DNA of 62,929 bases, filler included, from Perkinsus chesapeaki ATCC PRA-425 (Eukaryota > Protista > Perkinsozoa), in assembly GCA_013115145.1 (NCBI GenBank). It is 9 parts of 9 records of this genome, joined end to end, with 100 filler letters (N's around TTAATTAATTAA, not from the genome) between each part and the next. Parts side by side here need not be neighbours in the genome. Positions count along the whole stretch, not along the records: positions 20,499 to 37,131 come from JAAPAO010000701.1; positions 37,232 to 49,091 come from JAAPAO010000834.1; positions 49,192 to 51,258 come from JAAPAO010001687.1; 6 more parts are not named here. One strand, given 5' to 3'. Positions 36,477 to 50,217 of this stretch are shown here, in pieces; position 1 is the first letter of the stretch, and each line of letters starts with the position of its first letter. Under the pieces are notes generated by a model that was not told the DNA's origin, did not search any database, and saw nothing but the letters and a program-made list of their open reading frames with translations. Position numbers and translations under genes: made by a program.

Positions 36477-37131
36477 AAACCTTCGAGCAGCTTTGAACGA
36501 CAGAATGAGGAAAATGGAAGCTGATTGAAGGAAGGAGCGGTATGAAACACAAGGTAATGAGGAAGCAAGGAAAATGTATCGGGGGTACCTGTTAAATCGA
36601 AATTAGTTTGCGGAGAGAGCGGTATTACCGTTTTGGAATTAGAAGCCTCCGCGGAGCTGAAGGACCATATGGATAGTCGATCCAGGTTTTACATTGTAAT
36701 CAGCCAATTTACAATCATCACTCATTTGTTTTCCAGAATAAATCAACCTTATTTGCTCTACCTAAACGTTAACCTATTCTGTATCTTGCACGCATCAACC
36801 TAGGATATTACCTGTATTCCCTCTCGCTCTTGTAAAGCCTCCTTTACATGCCTTACTGTATTTTCCGGCTCGAAATTGAAGTTGCTTTTTCGACCAGTCA
36901 ATGTCTTTATGAAGATTTGCATATTAACAACCACAACAAACCAATACTACTAAACATACATACAACTTACCCGAACAACGCAATCTACAAAAGTGGTAAA
37001 CATGAATCGCTTCGCTCCGCAAAAAGTGAGTTGTAGCGATCGCTTCGCTCCGCTAGGTAGTTTCATATGTTGAAAAGCTTAGGATTACTCTCAGATTAGA
37101 ACAGTTTAGGATTGAATTAGGTTTGATCGGA

Positions 37132-37231
37132 NNNNNNNNNNNNNNNNNNNNNNNNNNNNNNNNNNNNNNNNNNNNTTAATTAATTAANNNNNNNNNNNNN
37201 NNNNNNNNNNNNNNNNNNNNNNNNNNNNNNN
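37132..37231. other. Artificial contig-joining linker
   Basis: 44 N + TTAATTAATTAA + 44 N. Confidence 0.98.
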
Positions 37232-37699
37232 GGTTTGACTGTTGGTAGTTTACCCCTTGAACCAATAGACATACCTCGCGGCTCGAACGTTATGCATTGT
37301 TTTACCGCCTCGCAGATAGGTTAATGATCCCAGGGGGGCGGAAGAAACCGTCAAGTCGCACCAACAGGGTTCGTGAACTACGTAGTCCAGTAGTGCATGA
37401 CGATGCTAACATGCGCGGTCCAGTGGCGCACTACATCATTTGCAGACCCATTTAAAGAAAGCTCAGACCAATCGCCCCGTGTGCCAGCGCACGTTGAGTG
37501 CAGTTTTGGCGGTACGGAAATTCTCTTGCGTAGTTGCAACTGCAACCGTAATTGATGTCATTGTCCGTGAAATTGAAGACAATAAGATGACGATGGTTAC
37601 AAGGCCCTGATGGTCCAAGCTACGAATCGATTCAGGTAGTGCGAGGTTTCTCGCTCTGTATGGTCCGAAATACAATAAATCAGACTGCATAGGAAATAC

Positions 37700-38420
37700 A
37701 GCGTGCCACTTTTGTACTCGCACTCGTAATGTCACGATATAGACGAGCGAAGGACTTGGGAGGTCGATTCCGGGGACGGTGATTTCTACACCTATGTGGA
37801 GCATACTGTCTCTGTCACTGTTGGTGAAGAAGTTATACTGAACACGAAGATTGGACTGGGTATTGATTCCTTCAACATTAGTGGTATAAAATCTCCCCCG
37901 TACGGCCTTCTGGGTCTATCGTAATCTACGTCCCTGAGACCATTCTGGAGCAGCTTCATCTCTTATTCGATCCATACTGATGGAGAAGCATTACACTCCA
38001 ATGGTTTACACTGGGTGATATGCACATACATGGTCCAAAGATGCGCAATCGAACGGCGTACTTGCACGGAAACAAACCGCACCATCACCAGCAATCATTG
38101 ATACTGGTGCGTGGGCCATATGCATGTTGTCTGAGGAGCTCCATTATTAGTCACCAAGGATTATGTTAGCCCGGATTCCAAGTCAAGTGACTATATCGTG
38201 GGCAAGGAGAACGTAAGCTACTTGCCAACTCTTTCATACAGGATCGGAGAATCACCTATGAAAAACGAAAGCCTGTATTTTGCGACTGATACCCGGCTGT
38301 GATGAAAAAGTGATACTAGGCGAGGCGCTTTTCCATGAATATGACGTAGGATTTGATCTGTCAAGTGAAAGGCCATCTTTCTATCTACAAAGAGGCACTA
38401 CAAACACAAGAGGACAGACA
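37700..38420 (+). pseudogene. Degenerate pepsin-like (A1) aspartyl protease
   Basis: YGLLGLS, catalytic-type AIIDTGA near 38093-38113, and C-terminal VILGEALFHEYDVGFDLSSERPSF (cf. ILGD.FL..YY.VFD....RIGF). Multiple stops and frameshifts. Confidence 0.6.
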
Positions 38421-38486
38421 TAGCGTTTATGAGCAATCGATTCGTCGGCCGAAATCCTCGATACCATATTCTGGCATATGAAAATC

Positions 38487-38513
38487 ATGATGATGATGAT
38501 GATGATGATGATG
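38487..38513. repeat. (ATG)n microsatellite
   Basis: Nine tandem ATG units. Confidence 0.9.
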
Positions 38514-38914
38514 AAACCATGATGTTGAGATGTTATTGCATGCCACAGGCGGTCGGTGTTGTACTAAGTAGAAACCTAGTATCTGCTGCTCAGGGTTGAA
38601 AGGCAGGGAGACGTGGAATCTGATCTATTCTACAGAGTGCACTTATCTTCCGCTTGTCACCGATTGCAGTGGACGACTCTACGGTAAAAACGATACTTAA
38701 GTTCCACTTGAGTGACTGTCAGCTGAACACATTGCGGAAGACAACGGGAAATGTTGCAATCTTCTGATTAAACGTCAACAGTCTTCAATCTAACATTCGA
38801 CCGGTGGTGATGCCCAGAATGAGCCTAAGAAGCGCAAGACTGCAGCAGTGAGATAGGAAAAGGACTACTTCGTGACCACCATAATATGAATCGGCTCATC
38901 TTCCCCCATCACGT

Positions 38915-41900
38915 TCAGTTCCTCGTCACGTATACTGTATTCATCATCCCAAAACTGAGTTCTAATTACTTTCCGAAAGACGAACAACTTTGCTCACAGT
39001 TTCACGAAGTAATATCATCGCCTTTAAAGAGAAGTCTGCTCCAATGGGTTCATGAATGATGTTGAAGAGCATGCCTCCTGGATTGAGTGTCTCCTTCACA
39101 TGCATTGCGAACCCTTTGAATACTTCATCTGTGCCCTAAAGCAATCGAATGAAAAAATATTCGTCCACTGCATTGTCAAGGGGCATCCTTACGCTAATGC
39201 CAATCTCTTGAGCCAAACAAACGGTCGATAGGACTTGGCAGTAATCAAATATCATATCGGCAGTTACACCGGGACGGCAGCGGAAAGCCGAAAAGGGAAT
39301 TGGAAGGACCTGAGGGTTGCTAACTCGATGCTGTTCGTCACTCGACTGTGCAGTGCTGGCTGGATACACCTCCTTCTAACAACTGAATAACTCTGAGGAG
39401 TACTCCTCCCCGATACAGAATCCAGAGTGATTCTCAGTGTCAGGAGAAAACCCGCCAGGACTAACCTTTTGAGGAACGTTTGATGGTATGACAGTTTCCT
39501 CGCCAACAACGTGTATCTGTGTCGCCGTGGGATATGTGTTCAACTGTGGGGAACCGCTGAGTTGCTGTTGAACGCTGGAAGTCATACATTAATTATCTTT
39601 TCCATTTCTCTCGTGCAAATCGGCAGGACGGCTGTGAAGTCCGAATGCGGCAGCAGTGATTCCGGGCGCCACTGGCCACTGCATGAGCTGGGGTCTGCGC
39701 GAGAAGTCTTCCTAGAGGGCACCAAGCCTGCCGAATCTAAATGCTCCTCAGCGATTTACCTCATCATAAAAATACGTCCGAATGGAAGCTGTCCAAGAAC
39801 TTTGACCGCCCCTTGAGTCGGGCAAGTGAGCTGTGGTGTCTTCAACTCTATAAGTAGCGAACCATGAGCAGCATGTCTGAACAAGCACTGTCAGATCGGG
39901 AGAGGGAATAGTGAACCTACTCGCGAGAAAAATATATGTAATGCCCATCGACCTTCAGAACACGAAGGACTGATGCTACGAATACTGCCGGTAAACTAGA
40001 GAAATGTTGGTACGCTAGACGAAGCAAGGGGGAATCTTATCAGCACCATTGGAACTTTTCACGGCGTGCCGCCAGCGACGACTGTGATAGGCTGAGGAAG
40101 GTCTCTAAATTGGCCAGATCGAGAACCTAATCGCGACCACTCGAAGATGCGTTTAGATAGACACCTGTGTAAGCTCACCGCATCGTACTGAGCAGATTCG
40201 ATACTGTCAAGAGTAGATAGATCGATGAAACGAGTGTTGGCTAACGGAGACAATGATATCGTATGGCCTGTGTCGAGCTACATCCGTCATCGTAGCAGGG
40301 AAACATGTCCACGAAGGTAGCCTCGATTCCAGCCGGCAGGAAAAAATGTGGACCGATTACCAATACCTGCTGAGAATTGGCAACATTCTTGGAGAAATCC
40401 AGATCACTGTTTTGTCTGCTCCGCCAATGAACTTCAGAGCCTCAGCGAGCGCAGATCCTGCGAGGCCGGCAAATTTTTTCAGAATGAACTGGAAGTTCTT
40501 GCTGGGTGATCTATCGAGCCTGAAATCTTAGTAGGTATTTACGACAATATAAAAAGGTTATATACTGCACTGCAGCCATTGCGAGCTCACCTGAGGGATT
40601 GCCTGCGGTGAAGGTACCATACCTCTTTGGTGATCCAATCAACTTTAGCTTCATATCTTTTGGTCAGATAATAAGCATATATGTCCTTGCTTGTCTTATT
40701 ACCTACAGTCTTGAATGTTCGACAAGAATCCATAGCGTCCCGTTGCGTCCGGGCCGTGGGAAGAAGTTTTCCTCAATTTCTCGTGTGCAAGTCCACTGCC
40801 TAAGGTCATTGAAATTCAGCGAAATAATCAGTTCACGCTATCCTTCAAAGCGCATTGTGGGCTTCACCAAGGTAATCGTCATCTCACTTTTAGCTGGGGT
40901 TGTGCATGTGACATCTATCATAGGGTGCTTAAAGAACGACATGCGTGTCGATGGTTCACCAAACGATAATATCATCATTCGACCACCGCTCTTTAGAACG
41001 CGTATCTAGACATGGTAATAAGTACCACTGTCAACAAACTAACCGCCAGGAAGTCTGGTTGGAAGTGTCATCTTTCTCGACTATGTTATCGATATGTACC
41101 GTCTCCGCGCCACAAATGATACGATTATTATCGTGATCGATAGAAAGATTCAATTCAGGGAGATTCAATAATACACTGAATAGATTCTACGAATATATCC
41201 TTGTCGTCAACAAATTGTCGATCGATCTTCCGGGGGCCCGTAAGTGGCTGCACAGCATAGGTGAGGAATTATACAGAAAGGGCCAACTGGTTCACAACAA
41301 CCGCAGCCACTCACAACAGACTCATAGAGCCAAACGACGGAATTATGAACTCACACATTCGCTTATATATTCGGATATATCTTCATTTCGCATATCGCCG
41401 CACGACATGGCGTCGAGACCTCCCTTGTCGATGATGAAATCAAAGCTTCCGGGACCAAATGGCAGTCTCGTGCCTGCTGCATAGAGCTCAGAGAATTGCG
41501 TCATCACCGACAATTACAGTCGGCTGCAACCCACTGCATCTCTGGGCGTTCTCTGGCATTCTTGAGTCGCATTTGCTCTATTACGCTTCGAGAAATATCA
41601 ACATTTGTGATGCTCCTAAATAAGAACTGTGGACTTTGATATACACCACTACTATACAGAACATTTATCCCAGCTACGGTAATGTAGCTGGTGGAATGTC
41701 AAAGGACCTTGGAAAATGCGGTGTAGTTTCGTGGACTACTAATGGTAGTCTACTATTCGAACACAGGATGCACGAAACGAATGCCATGTACGGTATGAGT
41801 CTTAACGACAACTTGCCTGAAACCACAGTCGTATAATTTCTCTCCGAGCTCGCTGTTGCCACAGGCCGCATGAAGCACTCTCCTTTTGGGCTGCGGCTCA

Positions 41901-42604
41901 GGGGCGTCTAGGAAATCTGTGGAAAAGGTGGAGGCCGGGAACAAGTGGGATAATCACCTATCAAGATGGGACGGAGGACGTCGAACGATTGTAACCAGTC
42001 GAAGTGGTCACCGTATTCTCCCTCGGCGAAAGATCTTTCCCTGAAAGTGTCCAGCCATAGCGTGAACAGTTATAGCGAGCAGTTCGAGGGTCCAAATAGT
42101 CAAGTGTGGCATTATTAGAAGACATGATAAGTATCATTGATAACCATTGTTAACCAAACTGCGGCACAGCTGTTGCACTGATGCCCATCGCCGTTTCATG
42201 TATTGCCTTATACGATGTATGCAGTCTGTTGGGAAGCGGTGGAATCCTCACGCATGTCCTATTTTCTTGTATTCTATCGTACCAGATTGGTGCGAAGATA
42301 ATTCCCGGCACCGACTGGACACGGTAAACTAACACAGACGTCATCATGCGTCCCTGGCCATTACGCATAGACGATACCGATTATTTCAGGTTCCTTTATA
42401 CTGGATGACATCATTGTCAACAGAATGAGCATACCAGTATTCCGGATCTCCAAGGTTGTCTTTTCGTTGAACGAGAAACTTTCGGACCTTACAAGAGGCA
42501 ACTCCGGTAGTTCTCTGACATAAATGATATTGTCTATTATCGTGCTCGAACGGATGTACATTATCTTTCGGCGCATCGCTGTATTCTGCGTTGTTGCTGT
42601 CCAT
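38915..42604 (-). CDS. METTL13/EEF1AKMT4-like SAM-dependent methyltransferase, probably two MTase domains (multi-exon)
   Basis: LGDPEYW, FDWLQSFDVLRPIL, RVLHAACGNSELGEKLYDCGF, SFDFIIDKGGLDAMSCG and RVLKSGGRMMILSFGEP give a Methyltransf_11-type domain. A distal exon VKETLNPGGMLFNII suggests a second MTase domain as in METTL13. Both ends approximate. Confidence 0.65.
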
Positions 42605-42922
42605 CTACCTTGAACGTTACTACAGGTGTTATGCAGGATTCGTAGGATTGTCGGTATAAAACACAATACAACCAAATTACCGACACGTACATACTAAGTA
42701 CCGACATTATACAAATAAGTGTTAGAATAATATTTACCATTCGTTCATATAAACTAGCAGCCAAATTGATACCGTTCATTGCCTTTATTGTTGTCAGACA
42801 GCTGCGCCTCACCAGTTGGCAGTTTTGACTTTCTTGAACTAGCGTAACACAACTCCTGCCCACATGGCTATAACATGAACAATGCTCAGACTAGAAAGTA
42901 GACATGATAAAAATGAACCCTC

Positions 42923-44111
42923 TTATTTGGCGAATGATTTAACCACTGAGGTGTTGATAGCATCGACAAGTATCAGGACGAGCATCGCGTGTGGCGCAAT
43001 TCGTGTGTAGTACGTCGGGAAGCCCGAATAGAACGCTAGTGGGCCCTCCTTACGAAGAACCTGAATTAAAAATACCCCAACCAGGGATCGAACCTGCGAA
43101 GGTGCTTTGTGTTACTGTAGTGAAGCAGTTAACTGTGCCGGTATAGGGCATAGCTCCATTCGCGTCGGGCTTCATCTTTTGAATTCTAGTCTTGACAAAA
43201 TCAAAAGGTAATGACATAACCGACGCCCCAAAGCCCGAACATGCTGAAGCCGTCAAGGTGGCAGCCCATCCCGGGCCCATAACGTGGCTGAAGTACTCTT
43301 TACCCTGAATAAAAATTACCACCGACAAACAGGAATACGTCAAAGTACCTGGTCGAACGTGGCGAGCATTCCGACGTTCAGAGCCATAGCTCTCGTGACA
43401 GTCGGTAGAGACCCCTTCCATAAACCAGTCACACCTTCGCTCTTTACAATTTGTCTCATAGCATCAAAAACACCCTTATAGTTGCGTCGCTCCGCTGGAG
43501 GGAGAGTTGCATCAGCCTGAAAAAAATCATTCAGGCATGCCATCCATAGAAACATTTTACTTGCAGTCGAACAAGCGATAGATCGGCCGGAGTGCCCACA
43601 AACGCACCGACTGCTCCAGCGAACCTGACGGAACTTATCAAAGACACGCGCTCATTCCACGTACAAGCCGGCAACGCTCTTCTTCCAGAACGGGAGAGTC
43701 TTCTCGTCAGGGCTTTGCAGTGACATTGAAGCCAAGCGGAAGAACCCCAACCTGGTGGTTGTATAGGTAAGTTGGCGAAGAATACCGGCGTCGAGGCCCT
43801 AAGGGGAATCACCAACTCATCAAGGAGAACGACCGTTACCTTATATAAACTGAGAAAACCTTCGTCGGCGATGATGCTACGAGCAATAGTGATAGGGCTG
43901 TGTGTAGCTCCAGCCTCGGCTATTTGAATGCGTACCTGATTGCACAGTAATGAGCCGCGACTTCCTTGTGAAGATGGCGAAGTACTTTAACCATATCAAT
44001 TGGTTGAATGACGCAAGTCGCCAGAGATCCGGCCAGTCCACCTGCAACGAATGGCTGTGTAACTTTCAGCCACTGAGGACGGTTGTCTTGGAAACCAGGT
44101 GGGAGGGTCAT
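42923..44111 (-). CDS. Mitochondrial 2-oxoglutarate/malate (dicarboxylate-tricarboxylate) carrier, SLC25 family
   Basis: Three carrier repeats: QPIDMVKV, TPADLSLVRLQADATLPPAERRNYKGVFDA..EGVTGLWKG and LPFDFVKTRIQKMKP. Last exon EGPLAFYSGFPTYYTRIAPHAM...KSFAK*. Confidence 0.93.
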
Positions 44112-44189
44112 GTCAGACTTAAGCAACGGTTACTATTGATTAAGCAACGCTATACGGTAATAATAATGGACAACAAGGCGACTGCGGCG

Positions 44190-47100
44190 TCAGTCTGCGA
44201 ACTGCCTCTTATTTGGACAATGTTGATGGTCATCTTGTGATCGTTTGAGGCCCTTGGGAGCTTCGTCGTCGCCAATAAATGACGGTGGTCTCTCGGGTAA
44301 TAAGCGTATCTTAAGAGGAATGTTAACACGTTACTTAGATATATATTCTTACATCAGTCAACCTCGGATACATCTTCAACGTTTGCAATTGGACTTCAGC
44401 GGTGCCATCAGGACGGACTCCCATAAGGACGCCGACACCGAATGAAGTGCGGACCAAAGGACCCACGCTGTCATGAACAGCAGGGTTCTGGTAACTGACA
44501 ACGACGGCGCTTTTCAAGAGTAAAATGCGCCGATTGATCCAACCTAAGGAGATCTCCTTGTTGCTGTTCCCGCATTAACTTGTTAGTTTCGTATAGGAAG
44601 CCTCTAGCACTACTGTATCGTTCATCATCAGTTGCAGCAAGAGTCATAATAATATACCTTCGTCAACGTGTAACAACGACGACGACAGCAAAGATCCATC
44701 TATCTCGCGTGGATGAAGCGCGCGCCCGAAAACTGGCGAGCGAGATCGTCGGGCTTATGACTGCAGTATTATAGGAGGCTCCACGGTGGGCCCTTATCCA
44801 TCCATCTGAACCGGTGTTCCTCTTCGGGGGAAGACAGGGATAAGTATAGAGATGAATTCAAGCATATGTGACATAAATACTTATTCCTAATGTTCGTGTA
44901 TTTACACATTGCAGCCTGCAATTTGCAGGCTGCACTTGAGCGTTGGTATGTGATGATATGGCAGAGAAATATCGGGAGACATTTCACTTGTGAGCATTCA
45001 CAAGCATTTTGAGTTGTGTCACCAGAAGCTGCAATCGTCTGGCCATAGTATCAGACAATTAGTCGACGTATCGATCGTGATTGTGCGTCACAACTTCTGT
45101 CCCACATCTATAACTGCACGCATGCGTAAATGATCCTTCTAGCTTACAAGCAACTTTCTTCTAACCTACAAGAAATATTTTCTCAAAAAATGATACTCTA
45201 TCATTCTATTATCGATCAAAAACCTGCCACGGTGGCAGTGCCGCAGTACTCGGCATAACCTATATGGGTGAATTCCTTCCAGAGACGGGGTACTGCAGAG
45301 CGAGGTGAGTCACCGCAGTTTAGTCGACTACTAACTCAAGAATCGGAGTATTATAACAACCACGAGGTAAGCAATATAAGATGCAGCGAACGAGAGACGA
45401 TATATTCTTGCACATGAGTGCAAACTTTGCACTGCAAAGAATAATAGATATTTCATTATAACGATCATACGATATTTTCATAATCGATAGTAGTCACATC
45501 TCTCAACTGGTGCAGGTCGATATTTTTAGTCTGCCGGGCCTTGGGGTCCATGGTGTCAGACGACTCTGCAATTAAACGTGGCAAACTAGCGCCGGGCATT
45601 CGTCGGCTTACCGTATTTATAATGTATAATGGAGGATTATACTTATCACAATTAGATGCGAGTCTGATCATCCCCAACTTCCCTCTCCTCATTCTGCCAC
45701 CCTCCTCCAATTCAATATTAACATCGGCGACTGTCGAGGCTTGAGACACGCTACGACTGTGCTTGAGTGTTGGGGGTGGCTGGATGACCTGAAGATTTTT
45801 GGCTATCCATTTCTTCCTGTATGAGGGGCAGTAGCAGGCGAAGCAGAGCTTGAATGTGCTGAAAAAATGAGTCTGAAGCGAGGCGTTTATCTATGGGACT
45901 TACCATACAGTATTCTGTATCCAACACGCACGTGAGGGTACATGGAATAGCGCCGAGGACTAGGCTATAACGTACGCTTGTACCTTACCGGAGCTCGGCG
46001 CACTGATCTTAAAGGAGGAAAAGATTCTTGCGAGTTTCGTGCGGCAGATTTGAGTAGGCTTACTCAGGAAACCCTTTGAGGACGGGGTTGGGGAGGAAAG
46101 TCTCTTGAGGGCTACCAGAAAGATGGCGGCTTTTAACAGGGGGATGATCGTAGCCTCTAAAATTGAAACGGCATGGCACGCCGGCATGCGCATTGCGAAG
46201 GGATGGCGAAGGACCTCAAGTTGTTGCTGTTGGCCAGGTCCTTGGCCCAAGGAAGCAGCAGGGACCGGTTGTATAATCATTAGATGATAGACAAGCGAGA
46301 TTGTCATAGTAGTGTGCGGCATAAGCATGCCACTAATTAAAATAACAGTATAACAGCGAACACAGTGAAATTGCTTATGCAATTATACTGTAATCCCGAA
46401 AGGCACGTGAGTGTGGGTAAGGCGTACTGTACAGCCATAGCCTGTGCAGCGTGCTAGTGCCTCATCGACCTCTTGGAGGGTCTCGACGTGATGCCTACAA
46501 GCCGATGACTCGAGTGATTGGTGGGCCATCTCCGTACGTAGGGCATCTTTTTCCATTAGAAATTCGTGGAAATTTTTTAAAAGGCGTCGGACGCCTTGTG
46601 TGAAAATTAGTCACTGCTAACGATCAAGTTGTGCCTCTCAGGGAGCACTACAGCTTAGAAGAGGCAGTATTGTGTGAGTTATGTTGTGTTCTTGGGACAC
46701 CAGGAAGGCTGGGTACAATCCCTTTACTTATGTAATTCTGCGACGCGGAGGGCTGCTACGTTAACACAGAAAGTTTCTACCATGTCGGCGTGCGATCGGA
46801 AGCTCGAAACGGAAATTGGTGAATTCACCCTCCCCATATGAAATAACGAGAAAGGATTTAATTTCCATCTAAAATGCCGACATGAGCTATAATAGGCGGG
46901 ATCTGTCTCGCTAGGGGCTTGTCACTGCCACAACGAAGATGCAGTTCTGCTGGAGAACAGAGCGACGCGGGATAATGAAGTTCAGTTAAACTGAACATAA
47001 GCGGCAAAATAAAATCTTCTGGCGCAAAACATACTTTCTCCATTACCGTGCGGGAATTTCCCGCCGGAAATTTCCTTGCGTCCCCACAGTGCAGAAACGG

Positions 47101-48622
47101 GGGTCCCGGGAAGCACACTGTACCGCCTAGCCTCAAACAGAGCATTAAGAAGCCTATAGCTATGATCAGGTATCACCGATAAGCCCACAATAGAGAATAT
47201 AATCAGCACTCTAAAAGTAAGGTGCTCAGTAAGGACTGAGCTGAAGTAGTAGTAGGTAGCTGCGGATAGAGGCAACTACTAGACTAGTGGTACTAGTCAA
47301 CAAAAGGGTAGATCACCCTATTGGGCGATAAATGCTCAGTATGAACGATCAAGATTGTGAGCCCGTTCAGCACTTATACGCATCGAGCGGCGCGAAGGCA
47401 CACAACTTCCCATGCAATGGAAAAGTCCTATCTCAAGAAATCCGAAATTCCTCTAGGCAAGCGAGATTTGTATGAGAACCGCGCGCGCTCGGGTCGGGCG
47501 GCCCGACTTCTCGTTCTGGTCGGAATTCTGCCCTCGAAGTTTGCAAGATGCAGAGGTTGGGAGTATGAAACTCACATCCTCTCATCTTCCGTATTCTGCA
47601 ATCGCCTCTAGGCAGACATTTGCATCAGCCAACAAACGTACCCCTGTGCGCCTCATAGTACTGTATGAGGGGCTCATACTATGTGAAGTCTTCTTCCCAA
47701 TCTCCATTCCAGTCGTTCCACAGAAGACTGTCGTTACAAAATTATTAATATCATTGCGCAATTGATCATATTTTGCTTCAAGCGGAGAGCCAACCATATC
47801 TCGAATCGGTAAACTCTACACCATCGTCTGTAATCTATGTATAGTGCACACATCACTATAACAGTTTTGGTGATTTGGATTACAAATTTTGGAACTGGTA
47901 CACATTCCGATACAAGTATTACTGGACTTAAATCAGCACTTAATTTTCTCGAATCGAAAAACCGAGAATTACTTCGCTTTTTCATTCCACGAGCCACGAA
48001 CGGCACGCCCTGGGCAAGATGCCCAAGTCGCTGCCGGGCAGCGGCTGCCCAAAGTTTGAAACCTTCCATAATTTGTGGTCCATAAATGCTCCGGGAGCAT
48101 TGCTCCATGTGTAGCCAAATCGTATATTGAGTGTCAGTGTATTGAGTGACTGGAAAGCATTATTGTGGAGTGTCACGCTTAGCGCCGCTCGTCAGTCGTG
48201 TCTTGATATTTCTCTGCCGTATCACACAGTAGCGCTCAAGTGTACACTGTGTACCCGAATATGATAATCAAGAAACCGAGTCGACGGAGAAGGACTCCTT
48301 GAAGGAGCTCACAGTTGGCGATCATTGTAAGATGGAGATGGACTTTTTTTGGTCCATGAGCATACAAGGAGCATATTAAGCTCTCCGCAGTCTAATAGCA
48401 ATAGTGCATGCTTTTAACAGCAATAGCTCCTTACCGTTACAAATGTAGCTGCTCAGAAAAATACGTTTCTCTTGAAAAACAATTCAGATTGGTCTCGACA
48501 TTGAAGTCCCCTGTCTCAACGATCTGCACGCTTGGTGGAGCATGCAGACTCGCCAGCAGGAGACGAGATTTTTGACTTGGCCTCTCCGTCAAAAAGATTT
48601 TTTTCCAAAGAGTCTTAGACAT
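44190..48622 (-). CDS. Hypothetical multi-exon gene(s), partly coiled-coil
   Basis: Chain of protein-like exons (MSKTLWKKIF..., EKDALRTEMAHQSLE, VRTSFGVGVLMGVRPDGTAEVQL, ...KRQFAD*). May be more than one gene. Confidence 0.4.
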
Positions 48623-49091
48623 TGCAGTCAGATATTATTCTGATGGATTATAAATTATAACTTATAATTTGCATAGATAACGTAGCCTGAGGATTATCGG
48701 AGGCTCCGATTCGGAGTAAGTCTGTCCGTAACCAAAAGTCCCTAATTAGTGGCTCTATCACAGAGCCTCTATGTCGCTGTTGTGTGAATTGTATCATCTT
48801 GTCTCTTTTATGTGCCAAGCGATGTCTCCCTAGCTCGCGCTACCCAATAAATACTATAAAGTTGTATTAAAAATTTTATATATTTGGATACTTCTGATAA
48901 CCTCGCGTTAACTCAGGGAACGGCTACTAGCAGCTCTAACAGCTCTAACTAGTAGCTGCATACTATAGGGTTTTCCGCGACACTGCCGCGAAGACAGGAG
49001 CGAAATTCCCCATAAATCCATTGGAGATGCACCCGTGATATGAGAACCGCTAGTGAAAACCCTATTCCACTTTTCACTTCACCAAAATCGC

Positions 49092-49191
49092 NNNNNNNNN
49101 NNNNNNNNNNNNNNNNNNNNNNNNNNNNNNNNNNNTTAATTAATTAANNNNNNNNNNNNNNNNNNNNNNNNNNNNNNNNNNNNNNNNNNNN
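49092..49191. other. Artificial contig-joining linker
   Basis: 44 N + TTAATTAATTAA + 44 N. Confidence 0.98.
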
Positions 49192-49192
49192 T

Positions 49193-49726
49193 GATTTTCC
49201 CCGAGACGACAACCCCCCCTTCGGCCACATTACTGATAATCAAGATCTTGACATCGAGCCTACTGACGATCCTCCGAAGTCAATCAGCCCAAGACCAAGT
49301 AGACGACATCCAAGAGCAAAAGGAAAAGGTAAAGGCAAGGCTAAGAATCGAAATGATCTTGCACCTACTGACATCAAGATTACAAGGCCACTTCCCACTA
49401 ATCTAACTGATCTTCGAAAACATCTACCACGAGCAAGTCAACTAAGGACTGGTTGTATCCTATCTATCTTCCCCCCTGATGGAAGTGTTATGGTATCTAT
49501 CTCTAGCTCAACATCTAATAGAGGTGTTGGTATTATCGCCTTCTCGGACAAATATGAAGGAAGAGTTTATCTAAGATCTATTAATGATGACCAATCAAGA
49601 CTACGCAAGTGCTTTATATCTGACTTGGTTTATATCTGCGGTTCTACAACTGTTATGACTAGACAACATCGATCCTTTATCACTGAACTACACCTCAGTT
49701 TAGGAATCGATGCGCCCTTTAATTAG
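49193..49726 (+). CDS. 5'-truncated intronless orphan ORF (177 aa visible) on compositionally foreign contig
   Basis: The frame is open from the contig edge (DFPRDDNPPF...RAKGKGKGKAKNRN...) through the listed 78-aa ORF to its stop at 49726. Confidence 0.6.
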   Translation, partial: DFPRDDNPPFGHITDNQDLDIEPTDDPPKSISPRPSRRHPRAKGKGKGKAKNRNDLAPTDIKITRPLPTNLTDLRKHLPRASQLRTGCILSIFPPDGSVMVSISSSTSNRGVGIIAFSDKYEGRVYLRSINDDQSRLRKCFISDLVYICGSTTVMTRQHRSFITELHLSLGIDAPFN

Positions 49727-50217
49727 TGTTATTTTAGCTAATCGATTTATCTAACTCGAGGTTGGTACTATCGATTGGTTGTTATCAAGCATGTTAGCTA
49801 TTTAGCGTGATCGATATTGCTAATTGAAATCTAGAAGTTTTTCTATCTCTATCGATCCCAACATCGCTCTCAGATGGGGTCTATCTATTGATCTACGTAT
49901 ATCCCTATAACATTGTGTACGGCGCCCTATATCGATTGCTTGATCGATTTACGGTTGAACCGCTCTGCGCGTTTCATCGTTGGTGACATCAGTTCTGTAT
50001 CCCTCCTCATCCTTGGCGTGTGCTCATCGTTAGAATGTATCATTATCTAGCTAAGAAGAGATATGTCTACCTCTGGTTTGACGCACGGATTCCTAATATC
50101 TATTATTCGATTAACTAGCTCATATTATCTTCGTGCGTTTATTGGATTATCGCCTCGAATAGTTCTAGCCTATTATTTATTCTTTAAGGTATCAAGCGGT
50201 ATCCCTTACGGTTTATC

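Noticed and set aside
38090-38120. Retroviral-type protease (IDTGA) implying an LTR element
   Set aside because: The flanking GLLGLS and ILG..LF..Y..GFD motifs fit a pepsin-like A1 protease pseudogene, and no gag or RT is nearby.
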